DNA of 59,552 bases from Armatimonadota bacterium (GTDB taxonomy: Bacteria; Armatimonadota; Zipacnadia; Zipacnadales; UBA5352), in assembly GCA_034722055.1 (NCBI GenBank), contig JAYENL010000093.1, positions 29,622 through 89,173 on the forward strand, given 5' to 3'. The notes beneath the pieces were generated by a model, which was not told where the DNA came from, did not search any database, and saw only the letters and a list, made by a program, of their open reading frames with translations. This document shows, one piece after another, positions 30,267 through 39,135 of the stretch; the stretch's first letter is position 1, and each line of letters opens with the position of its first letter. Position numbers and translations under genes: made by a program.

Positions 30267-30503
30267 ATGGCAGTTGCGGATCGCGTCAAGGCAATCGTTG
30301 CCGAGGAGTTTGAGGTGCCGGAGACGCAGGTCACCGACTCCGCAACCTTCGAGGGCGACCTGGAGGGGGACTCCCTGTTGATGATGGAGCTGCTGATGGC
30401 CCTGGAGGACGAGTTCGACATGGAGATTCCTGAGGAGGAGGCACAGGACATCCAGACCGTCGGTGACGCCGTTCGGTACATTGAGGAGAGGACGGGCCGG
30501 TAG
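30267..30503 (+). CDS. Acyl carrier protein, divergent paralog (DSLL motif)
   Basis: 78-aa acidic ACP fold: GDLEGDSLLMMELLMALEDEF...IQTVGDAV. Confidence 0.9.
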   Translation: MAVADRVKAIVAEEFEVPETQVTDSATFEGDLEGDSLLMMELLMALEDEFDMEIPEEEAQDIQTVGDAVRYIEERTGR

Positions 30504-30614
30504 GACCGGGCCGTGGACCCACGGCGGCCGGAGATCGCACATAATGACACACAGACACTGCCGGGCCTCGCTGGGCCGGCCGACGCTACGCACAGAACGG
30601 AGATGAGACGACAC

Positions 30615-30848
30615 ATGGCGCTGTTCGAGCAGGTCAAGGAAGTCATCGTGCGGGAGCTGTCCGTCCCCGAGAGCTGGGTGACCGAGTCCGCCACCTTCGA
30701 GGGCGACCTGAAGGCGGACTCGCTGGACGTCGTCGAGCTGGTCATGGCGCTGGAGGACGAGTTCGACGTTGACATCCCCGAGGAGGACGCCCAGAGCATC
30801 CAGACCGTGGGCGACGCCGTCCGCTACCTCGAGGAGAAGACCCAGTAG
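30615..30848 (+). CDS. acpP: Acyl carrier protein (canonical DSLD motif)
   Basis: [20 protein letters not shown]...IQTVGDAV. Confidence 0.93.
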   Translation: MALFEQVKEVIVRELSVPESWVTESATFEGDLKADSLDVVELVMALEDEFDVDIPEEDAQSIQTVGDAVRYLEEKTQ

Positions 30849-30948
30849 CTGCGGATCTCGAGGGGGACCTTCAGCGCGACTGGCGGCCGCCCAGCTTCAT
30901 GGACGGCCGCAGGTCGATATCCGGCGCACGTTGCGAGGGCCTGAGCTG

Positions 30949-32190
30949 ATGAACCGTCGCGTGGTCATAACCGGTACCGGGACCGTGTCGGCCTCCGGCC
31001 GGGGGCTTGACCGCCTGTGGGACGCCTGCCTTGAGGGACGTACGGGCATCGACCGCATCCGGCGCTTCGATCCGTCTGAGTACAAGGCGCAGATCGCCGC
31101 CGAGGTGGACCTGGACTTCGACGCCACGGACCGGATCGACCCCAAGCTGATGAAGCGCGCCGACCGCTTCGCCAGGTACGGGGTGTGGGCGGCCGACGTG
31201 GCGATGGAGCACGCGGGGCTGGCGATCGATGATGGCAACCGGAGCGAGATCGGCGTGCTCATCGGCTCCGGCATCGGGGGCATGACCACCTGGGAGGAGC
31301 AGTTCGAGCGACTCCTCGAACGCGGCCCCAACCGGGTCTCGCCCTTCCTGGTGCCCATGATGATCATCGACATGGCCTCCGGTCTGATGTCCATCCACTG
31401 CGGGGCCATGGGGCCCAACTCAGCGGTGGTCACCGCCTGCGCCTCCGGGGCGCACGCCATCGCCGCCTGCGTGGACCTCATCAAGCTCGGGCGCGCCAAG
31501 GCCATGATCACCGGGGGGACCGAGGCCGGCGTGTGTCGCAGCGCCCTGGCCGGCTTCTGCGCCGCCCAGGCTCTCTCCACTCGCAATGACGATCCGGCCG
31601 CCGCCTGTCGCCCCTTCGACCGTGACCGCGATGGATTCGTTATCGGCGAGGGCGCCACCGGTGTGATTGTCGAGGACCTGCAGTACGCCCGGCAGAGGGG
31701 CGCGCCCATCCTCGCCGAGATCGTGGGCGTGGGCCTCAGCGGCGACGCCCATCACATTACCGAGCCCTGCCCCGACGGGGCCGGGGCCATCCTGGCCATG
31801 CAGAACGCCCTCGACGATGCCGCCATGACGGTCGAGGATATCGACTACATCAATGCACACGGGCCGGGCACTCCGGCCGGCGACGCCACCGAGGCCCTGG
31901 CCCTTCGCGAGCTGCTTGGCGAGCATCTCTCCGAGGTGCCCATCTCCTCCACCAAGCCGGTGCACGGGCACATGCTCGGGGCCACCGGCCCCACCGAGCT
32001 GGCGCTGTGCATCAAGTCCATCCACGAGGGCATCATCCCGCACACCCTCAACTGCGACGACCCCGAGCCCCAGGACCTGGACCTTGTCCGGGGCCAGCCG
32101 CGCGAGGCCGAGGTCAACATCGTCATGTCCAACTCCTTCGGCTTCGGCGGGCATAATGTCACACTCATCATTCGCCGCTTTGAGGAGTGA
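30949..32190 (+). CDS. fabF: 3-oxoacyl-ACP synthase II
   Basis: RRVVITG, GSGIGG, TACASG, RPFDRDRDGFVIGEG, INAHG, GHMLGA, SNSFGFGGHN. Confidence 0.95.
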   Translation: MNRRVVITGTGTVSASGRGLDRLWDACLEGRTGIDRIRRFDPSEYKAQIAAEVDLDFDATDRIDPKLMKRADRFARYGVWAADVAMEHAGLAIDDGNRSEIGVLIGSGIGGMTTWEEQFERLLERGPNRVSPFLVPMMIIDMASGLMSIHCGAMGPNSAVVTACASGAHAIAACVDLIKLGRAKAMITGGTEAGVCRSALAGFCAAQALSTRNDDPAAACRPFDRDRDGFVIGEGATGVIVEDLQYARQRGAPILAEIVGVGLSGDAHHITEPCPDGAGAILAMQNALDDAAMTVEDIDYINAHGPGTPAGDATEALALRELLGEHLSEVPISSTKPVHGHMLGATGPTELALCIKSIHEGIIPHTLNCDDPEPQDLDLVRGQPREAEVNIVMSNSFGFGGHNVTLIIRRFEE

Positions 32191-32239
32191 AGGCCTTCCT
32201 CGCCCGCCTGCAGCGCAGGGGGCGCGGGCGGCGCCACCG

Positions 32240-32947
32240 GTGCCTGAGGAGCGCTTCGCAAGCCTCAAGCAGAGGCTCGGCCTGCAGTTCGTTCCCGACG
32301 AGCTGCTGGAGCTCGCCTTCCGGCACAGCTCCTATGTCCGGGAGCAGGGGCTTGATGAGCTGGCCAGCAACCAGCGTCTGGAGTACCTGGGCGACGCCGT
32401 GCTCGACCTGGTCTTCGCCTCCTACCTCTACTCCGCGCACGCGGAGCTGCCTGAGGGCGCCCTGACTCGAATGAAGGCCGCCCTGGTGCGCAAGTCCGCG
32501 CTGGCCGCCGTGGCGCGAGAGCTGGGGCTGGGCAAGTACCTGCTGCTGGGTCGGGGCGAGGAGACCACCGGCGGCCGCAACAAGGCCTCCCTGCTGGCGG
32601 ACCTGGTGGAGGCCCTGATCGGGGCCATCTTCCTGTCCGGCGGCTTCGTCGCCGCCCGCGACTTCGTCCTCGAGCACTTCGGCACGCTCCTCGAGGACGT
32701 CCACGGGCGGGAGTCCCTGCGCGACCACAAGTCCGCGCTCCAGGAGGTCCTGCAGGCCTGCGGCGAGACCCCGCCGAGCTATCGGGTCGTGCGCACCGAG
32801 GGGCCGCCACACGACCGGTGGTTCATCGTTGAGGCCACCCACGAGGGGGGCGTCATCGGCGTGGGGGAGGGCAGGTCCAAGCGGGCCGCCGAGCAGGAGG
32901 CCGCCCGCGAGGCGCTCGACACCGTCGAGGAGTGGCTCTCTGAATAG
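32240..32947 (+). CDS. rnc: Ribonuclease III
   Basis: NQRLEYLGDAVL signature, ADLVEALIGAI, dsRBD (KSALQE...GPPHD..F...GRSKRAAEQEAA). Start approximate. Confidence 0.95.
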   Translation: MPEERFASLKQRLGLQFVPDELLELAFRHSSYVREQGLDELASNQRLEYLGDAVLDLVFASYLYSAHAELPEGALTRMKAALVRKSALAAVARELGLGKYLLLGRGEETTGGRNKASLLADLVEALIGAIFLSGGFVAARDFVLEHFGTLLEDVHGRESLRDHKSALQEVLQACGETPPSYRVVRTEGPPHDRWFIVEATHEGGVIGVGEGRSKRAAEQEAAREALDTVEEWLSE

Positions 32948-32950
32948 CCC

Positions 32951-33365
32951 CTATGCATTACCCGCATCTTGCGGGAGGCCTGTGATGGAGTTGAGTAGCG
33001 CCTCAGGCGTGTGCTGCTGTGGTACGCAGGGGCCCCCGAGCGTAGCGATGGAGAAGCCAGTAGGCTTCTCTTAAGAGTTCGGTATCCGAACTCCAGGATG
33101 CCGCCTGCGCGGTCGTCTTGCGCAGGCGGCAGGTTCCATCCCGGCGCGGTAAGATAGCTCTACCCAGGGGCTAAACGGCGCGCAGGCGGGGGCGCCTGGG
33201 CTACTTAACGAGTGGGCCGGGGTGGAACCTTCGGCCCTGGCGGGCCTCACTCCTCGCGCCGCCGGGGCGGCGACGCTCGGAGCGGCCCCTCCATGACAGC
33301 GTGACTTCTCCGCGCAGCGCGGCCATCGTACTTCCGCGAGCGCTCAAGATGCGGGTAATGCATAG
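32951..33365. mobile_element. Non-autonomous IS4-family (IS50/Tn5-like) MITE, 415 bp, no transposase
   Basis: Perfect 21-bp terminal inverted repeats ctatgcattacccgcatcttg (32951-71) and caagatgcgggtaatgcatag (33345-65). Flanks gaatagccc / atatagccc (7/9 match, TSD-like). TIR matches the Tn5 mosaic end CTGTCTCTTATACACATCT at 12/19 positions. Confidence 0.75.
33051..33230 (+). ncRNA. Candidate structured RNA inside the MITE (family and strand not established)
   Basis: Hairpins at 33051-70, 33075-93 and 33099-131, then a 15-bp stem (33131-45 with 33216-30) enclosing further hairpins. Confidence 0.45.
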
Positions 33366-33467
33366 ATATAGCCCATGCGCGCCGCGTCGGGCATTGACGA
33401 GCCGCTCCCGCGAGGTGGCTGACTGATGGTAAGGAACGGTTCCTCCGTGGTCCGCGGGAACCTGACG

Positions 33468-35882
33468 ATGGCCCGCCGGGCCGTCGCGGCCCTTCTCTGC
33501 CTCTCTCTGGCCGCCATCGCCGGCGCTGACGAGCGCCCCGGACCGTTCGTCTTCGTCTACGGCCTGCAGGGCGCCGGTGCGGCGGCTCAGGCCCGAGAGC
33601 TTGGCTGCAACACGGTCTACCTCGACCTGCCCGACGACGCCCCCCAGCATATCGAGCGGACACGGGAACTGATCGGGGGGGCCGCCGCAGAGGGCCTCCA
33701 GGTTATCGTCGGCCTGCGCACCAAGCTCTTCGGCGAGCACCGGGTCTCCCCCCACGACCCGGAGTACTCGGCCGCCTGCCGCGAGTGGATCGGGGCGGTC
33801 GTCTCCGAGCTCAAGGACACAGACGGTGTCGCCGCCTGGGCCACCGACCACTACCTGGAGCGCGATATCAGCCACACCGAGGACGACTTCCGACGCTTCC
33901 TGCTCCACCGCCACGGCTCCCTGACAGCGATCAACGCGGCCTGGGGCACCGACTACCTGCGCATCGACGAGATCACCCGCACCCGGGCGCGCGCTCTCGA
34001 CCACAAGCAGACCTACGGCGTGGGCCGCCCGTCGGTGGACTGTGCGGAGTACGAGCGGGCGGCCTTCCATGATGTGATGCAGCTCTGGGCGGAGGAGATC
34101 CGACGCATCGATCCTGAGACCCCCCTGATGACCGGTCGCATCTCGCTCTACCGGAGTCTCACCGCCATCCCGGACTCCTATGACGTCGTGCAGGTGTTCG
34201 TTCCGCCGGACATCATGGAGCCTGACATCGCGACCCACAACGTGCACGCCGTCCAGATGGCCCGGCGCGGGGGGCAGTTCGAGGTCATCCCCTGGCTTCG
34301 CATCCCACTGCCGCCCAGCCCCGCCTACACCCGCTCGGCCCTGCCCGCGTGGATCCTCGAGGCCGGCCTGCGTGGTGCCGTCGGCGTCGGCCTTCACGAC
34401 CTGGAGCGACTCCAGGCCTCCCGCTCAGTGCAGAGGAGCGTGGTCGAGCAGCTCGCCGCCGCCCTCGGCCGGGCACCGTTTGCCGACGAGGCGCCGGAGC
34501 CCTGCGCCGCAGTCCTTTACCAGCCCTACGCCGGCGGCCACCAGTTCGCGGGCACCCCGGCCTACGGGTACGTGGAGGAGTACACCGTCAACGACGTCGC
34601 CGAGCTGGCATGCGGCTATCGCGGCGGCACCGTGTTCGGCGGCCTGGACTTCCTCTGCGTCGAGGACCTCGAGACCGTCGATCTGGATCGCTACAGCGTC
34701 ATCCTCGCGCCGGCCTGCCTCAATCTGCCCGGCGGCGCGCAGGAGGCTATCCGGCGCTACGTGGAGCGAGGCGGGGCCTTTTTCGGGGACCTGGGGCTGG
34801 CGATGTGTCAGTCGCGCTCGTGGAATCCCGCCATGTCGCCGCTGGCGGCCATGCTGGGGATCGCCGGCGCCCGCGATCCGGCGGACCGCTACGGGAGCTT
34901 CCGCGTCGGCGAGCAGCACCCGGCCTTCCCGTCGGTCAGCGTGGGGATGGAGGCTGGGGGCACCTTCGTGCCCGGCCGGGGGCGGGACCTCTCGATGGGC
35001 CGCATGCGCGGCTACGCCCATACCGGCGCCGCCACCGAAATGCAGGGCTATCCCTTCCAGGGCCCGAGCTGGTTCATCCGCCCCAGCGCCGAGACCATCC
35101 CGCTCGCCACCCAGAGCGTGCAGTTCGACGACGAGGAGAACCCCTACTTCATGGGGCTGACGGTCCATCCTGTCGGGGCGGGGCTGGCCCTCTTTGCGCC
35201 CTTCCCGTCCTGGAGCCACTGGCCCCCTACCGACGCCCTGCACGCCGCCGTGCACGGGGACCTGTTCGGGCGCCGGGCGCTCCACCGCCTGCTGTCCGAC
35301 GGCCTCCTGTGCGGCGACGTGGCTATCGCCGGGACGCCCGACAGGATCAGACTGCTCAGCCGGGGCCCGGCGCGGCATGTGCAGGTTCTCTCGGCCGCGG
35401 CAGACCACCGCGTCTGGATGGGCGGCACTTGCACGTTCTCAGCGGCCGAGCGGGATACCACGGGCCGCCGAACCGGGATCGTCCGCCTGGGGATCGACGT
35501 GCCGGCCCGCGCCATGGCGCGCGCCCAGGCGATTCCCGTCCGGCTCCGCCCGCAGTCGGGCGAGGCCCACGCTCGCGTGTCCATGTGCGGCCCCGGCCTG
35601 ATCCTCCTGGAGGTCGGCGGCCACGGCGCGAGTTGGGGCGAACAGCGGCGGGGCGGCCCGGAGCGCTTCTTCGGCGGCGTTCCCACGCGCGTGCGGATCA
35701 CAGTCGATGATGGCCTCTACCCAGTGGAGGCCGGCTCGAAGCACACCGTCACGCTCCGTGAGGGACGCGAGGCCGAGCACACCCAGACCGTCACCGCCGA
35801 CCACCGCGGGAGGCTGGACTTCTGGGCCACCGTCACCGGCGGCCGTCTCTCGATCACCCCGGCGAAGCCGGAGTCCCCATAG
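33468..35882 (+). CDS. Secreted GH42/beta-galactosidase-like protein with trimerisation-like domain
   Basis: Signal peptide (MARRAVAALLCLSLAAIAGA); FRRFL..RHGSLTAINAAWGT; LDRYSVILAP...IRRYVERGG. Confidence 0.6.
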   Translation: MARRAVAALLCLSLAAIAGADERPGPFVFVYGLQGAGAAAQARELGCNTVYLDLPDDAPQHIERTRELIGGAAAEGLQVIVGLRTKLFGEHRVSPHDPEYSAACREWIGAVVSELKDTDGVAAWATDHYLERDISHTEDDFRRFLLHRHGSLTAINAAWGTDYLRIDEITRTRARALDHKQTYGVGRPSVDCAEYERAAFHDVMQLWAEEIRRIDPETPLMTGRISLYRSLTAIPDSYDVVQVFVPPDIMEPDIATHNVHAVQMARRGGQFEVIPWLRIPLPPSPAYTRSALPAWILEAGLRGAVGVGLHDLERLQASRSVQRSVVEQLAAALGRAPFADEAPEPCAAVLYQPYAGGHQFAGTPAYGYVEEYTVNDVAELACGYRGGTVFGGLDFLCVEDLETVDLDRYSVILAPACLNLPGGAQEAIRRYVERGGAFFGDLGLAMCQSRSWNPAMSPLAAMLGIAGARDPADRYGSFRVGEQHPAFPSVSVGMEAGGTFVPGRGRDLSMGRMRGYAHTGAATEMQGYPFQGPSWFIRPSAETIPLATQSVQFDDEENPYFMGLTVHPVGAGLALFAPFPSWSHWPPTDALHAAVHGDLFGRRALHRLLSDGLLCGDVAIAGTPDRIRLLSRGPARHVQVLSAAADHRVWMGGTCTFSAAERDTTGRRTGIVRLGIDVPARAMARAQAIPVRLRPQSGEAHARVSMCGPGLILLEVGGHGASWGEQRRGGPERFFGGVPTRVRITVDDGLYPVEAGSKHTVTLREGREAEHTQTVTADHRGRLDFWATVTGGRLSITPAKPESP

Positions 35883-35964
35883 GCGAAAGGTCGCACCGGG
35901 CCCTGCGTCGAAACAAGCAAGGTGACTGCCAGCGGTCTGTACCGCCTCAGTGAGGAATGGAGCC

Positions 35965-36987
35965 ATGACCCGCAGGATGCTGAAGCTGCTGCTTATCGCC
36001 GCCGTCACGGCCACGCTCGCCGGCTGTGGCGGAGGAACGCTCGTGGGCGCGCTCATCGGCCTGATCAGCGTCGGAGACGTCATCGGTCGCGTGGAGAACC
36101 TGCTTGAGGAGGGCGATGACCCGACGAACTCGGCGGTCCTCCTCGACGGTCAGCCCCTGCCGGTCAGTCCCGACGCGGCCGGTCGCGTGCGTCTGCGGGA
36201 CCTCCCAGCGGGCCGCCACCTGCTGCAGGTGGTGGCGCCGGGCGGATTCCGCGGCGCGGTTACCATCATCAACGTGCAGCCCAACAGCGACCTGCGGCTG
36301 GACAATCTGCAGGCGCAGGTCGGTGGCCGCGTCCGCGGCACCGTCACGCTTCCCGGCGACGTCGCGGCTGGCCGCGTCCTGGTCTACGCCCTGCCTGGAG
36401 GCGCGCAGCTCGTGCGCGAGGGCTCATCGGTGATTGCGCTGCCTCCCGCCGATACTCACTACGCGGCTTACACCGATGGCAATGGCGAGTACCGGCTCGA
36501 CGCCCTGGCCCCGGGCGACTACCTTATCACCGCGGCCGTCGCGGGCTTCAACACCGACGTGCGTGTGGTCTCCGGCCTCACCGAGCGGCAGTCCGTCACC
36601 GTGGACCTGGAGCTGACCGCCGCGGCGGGCGCGGCCCCGGGCACGGTGCGCGGCTCGATTGCGGGGCAGATCGGTGGCGGCGCCACGCAGTCGCTGGCCG
36701 GGGCCAGCGTCCGGGCCAGGCTCGACCGCGCCTACCGTCCGCTGGTGCCCGAGGACGTCATCGACCGAGTGCAGACGTGGGCGGGCACCTCCCTCCGGCC
36801 CTCTCCCTGGTTCGCGTGGGAGCAACTGGCGACGCTCAGCGATGCGGGCGGCAGCTACCTGCTGGACCTGCCGTCCGGCACTCCGCGCATCGACGCCTTC
36901 GCCTACGGCTATCAGCCCGGCTACCAGGATGCCGGAGTCAACGCCGGGCAGACTGTGCGCATTGACTTCGAGCTTCCCGAGCGGTAA
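35965..36987 (+). CDS. Lipoprotein with carboxypeptidase-regulatory-like/PEGA beta-sandwich domains
   Basis: LAGC lipobox; TDGNGEYRLDALAPGDYLITAAVAGF; SDAGGSYLL. Confidence 0.75.
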   Translation: MTRRMLKLLLIAAVTATLAGCGGGTLVGALIGLISVGDVIGRVENLLEEGDDPTNSAVLLDGQPLPVSPDAAGRVRLRDLPAGRHLLQVVAPGGFRGAVTIINVQPNSDLRLDNLQAQVGGRVRGTVTLPGDVAAGRVLVYALPGGAQLVREGSSVIALPPADTHYAAYTDGNGEYRLDALAPGDYLITAAVAGFNTDVRVVSGLTERQSVTVDLELTAAAGAAPGTVRGSIAGQIGGGATQSLAGASVRARLDRAYRPLVPEDVIDRVQTWAGTSLRPSPWFAWEQLATLSDAGGSYLLDLPSGTPRIDAFAYGYQPGYQDAGVNAGQTVRIDFELPER

Positions 36988-37021
36988 TCTGTCTGGGCAA
37001 TGTGCACCGCGTGAGCTTGAC

Positions 37022-37951
37022 ATGCAGGAGAGCAAACGGATCTTCGGCGCCGCGGTGCGGCGCCGATACAATCTGATGTTGGGGCTCGCCACCTTCGCTG
37101 CAGCGGCCGCACCCTTTGGCGTGGGGCTGGCGCTACTGCACCTGTTGTGGCCGGAGGGCAGGGGTATCGCCCCCTTCCTGGTCGCCACCGCGGCGCTGAT
37201 CCTCGCCCCCGTCGGGACCTGGCTGGCGCATAACCGCCTGGCGCTGGCCGGCAACCTCGCTCTGCGGCGGCGCCTGCGCGAGTTGCTGCGTGAGGAGGGG
37301 CACGACTTCCCCGAGGGCGTCAGGCCCATCTTCGTGGGCTTCTCGCCCGGCGACGCTCCCCTCGTCTGGGATGGCGACACCGATCGCGACATCGGCTTTC
37401 TCGCGGCGTGGGGCGACGCCCTCGTCTACTACGGGGACGACTTCTCGTGGTATCTGCCCCGCGCCCGCATCGACATCATCGAGCCCATGCAGCCGGCGGC
37501 CGGCCTGAACCGCATCCTCATCCGCTGGCACGCCCCGCGGGAGAGCAACCGCGCCCTGACCCTGGTCTCCCGCGAGGCCGCCGACCTCCGCGGTGCACGC
37601 CGGGCGACCATACAGTTGCTCCACCAGCTCTACGCATGGGTCGCCCGCCCGCCTGAGGCCCAGTGGGAGCCGCCCAGGCTGGGGATGCCCCCCACCGACA
37701 CCGCCGGCGGCCGACCCATGGACGCCGCGCCCGGCGGCTCGTGTCTTGCGCTTGTCGCCGTCGTGACCGCCACGGTCGTGGCGGCCTGGCAGGTGGGGGG
37801 CCCGCTCGTGGAGGCTCAGATGTACGCTCATGCCGTGCTGGCGAGCGGAGGCGTCTTCGTCGTTGGCTTCGCGGCCATCAGCACCATCATGCGGCTGTTG
37901 CAGTGGGCCGAGGAGCGCGACCGGGCCGACAGAGCGGCCTCGCCGTCGTGA
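37022..37951 (+). CDS. Hypothetical membrane protein (about 4 TM helices)
   Basis: Two N-terminal and two C-terminal hydrophobic helices; fits the operon-like spacing. Confidence 0.65.
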   Translation: MQESKRIFGAAVRRRYNLMLGLATFAAAAAPFGVGLALLHLLWPEGRGIAPFLVATAALILAPVGTWLAHNRLALAGNLALRRRLRELLREEGHDFPEGVRPIFVGFSPGDAPLVWDGDTDRDIGFLAAWGDALVYYGDDFSWYLPRARIDIIEPMQPAAGLNRILIRWHAPRESNRALTLVSREAADLRGARRATIQLLHQLYAWVARPPEAQWEPPRLGMPPTDTAGGRPMDAAPGGSCLALVAVVTATVVAAWQVGGPLVEAQMYAHAVLASGGVFVVGFAAISTIMRLLQWAEERDRADRAASPS

Positions 37952-37992
37952 GAGCTTCGCCCTCGAATCGCCGAGCGTCCCGGACGTCCCGG

Positions 37993-39135
37993 ATGGAGGC
38001 CAAGGTGCGACCGGCATACCTGGAGATCGACCTGGACGCCATCCGCGGCAACGTGCGGGCCATTCAGCAGCTCGTCGGCCCCCGGCGGGGCATCGCCGCC
38101 GTCGTGAAGGCCAACGCCTACGGGCATGGTGCGGTTGAGGTGGCGCGAGCGGCCATCGAGGCCGGGGCGGCGCTGCTGTGCGTGGCGCTCGTGGATGAGG
38201 GCATCGAGCTGCGCGACGCAGGCATCACAGCGCCGATTCTGGTCCTCGGCCCGCCGGACCCGATGGAGGCCCCTCTCTACAGGGAGCACGACCTCGTAGC
38301 CACCCTCAGCAGCCCGGCGCACGCCTGCATGATGGCCGAGGCTGCCCGCGACGCGGACTCGGTCGCTGGCGTGCACGTCAAGCTTGACACCGGCATGGGC
38401 CGCCACGGCGCGCGCCCGGACGTCGCTGAGAGGCTGGCGCGGAAGCTCATGGAGATGCCTGAGGTCCACGTGGAGGGCGTCTTCTCGCACTTCGCAGACT
38501 CCACCAACCCCGACCTGTCGTGGTCCCGGGAGCAGCTCCGCCGCTTCCGGGAGATGCTCCCGCTTCTTGATGACCTGGGCGACGGGCCCCTCCTGCGGCA
38601 CATGGCTAACAGCGCCGCCACCGTGCGCATGCCCCAGGCGCACCTCGACGCGGTGCGGCCCGGCAGCATCCTCTACGGGATCAACCCTGGCTATCCGCCG
38701 GAGCTTGTGCCCGATGGGGTTCGGCCAGCGCTGTCTCTGCGCTGTCGCATCGGCGTCGTGAAGCTCGTGGAGGTCGGCGAGCCGGTGGGCTACGGCTGCA
38801 CCTGGAGGGCCCCGCGGGACAGCCGCATCGCGGTGCTGCCCGTCGGGTACGCCGACGGCTACGCCCGCGCGCTTTCGGGCAACGCCGACGTGCTCATCGG
38901 CGGCCGGCGCTGTCCGGTGGTCGGCCGAGTCTCCATGGACGCCATCACGGTTGACGTCACGAACGCAGAGGCCGCGACCGGCGACGAGGCCGTCCTCATC
39001 GGCCGGCAGGGGGAGGAGCGTATCACCGTCGAGGAGCTGGCGCAGCGGGCCAGCAGCATCGTGGAGGAGGTCTGCTCGCGCCTGTCGGCCCGGCTGCCGC
39101 GCAGATACATCGGGCGAGCCGAAGGAGGCCCATGA
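37993..39135 (+). CDS. alr: Alanine racemase
   Basis: AVVKANAYGHG, HVKLDTGMGR, SHFA, RPG..LYG, GYADG, GRVSMD. Alternative start GTG 37948. Confidence 0.95.
   Translation: MEAKVRPAYLEIDLDAIRGNVRAIQQLVGPRRGIAAVVKANAYGHGAVEVARAAIEAGAALLCVALVDEGIELRDAGITAPILVLGPPDPMEAPLYREHDLVATLSSPAHACMMAEAARDADSVAGVHVKLDTGMGRHGARPDVAERLARKLMEMPEVHVEGVFSHFADSTNPDLSWSREQLRRFREMLPLLDDLGDGPLLRHMANSAATVRMPQAHLDAVRPGSILYGINPGYPPELVPDGVRPALSLRCRIGVVKLVEVGEPVGYGCTWRAPRDSRIAVLPVGYADGYARALSGNADVLIGGRRCPVVGRVSMDAITVDVTNAEAATGDEAVLIGRQGEERITVEELAQRASSIVEEVCSRLSARLPRRYIGRAEGGP

Noticed and set aside
33040..33235. T-box riboswitch (GGTGGAACC plus upstream AGTA)
   Set aside because: The UGGNACC is tied up in a stem with upstream sequence, no terminator or U-tract follows, and the downstream gene is unrelated to amino-acid metabolism.
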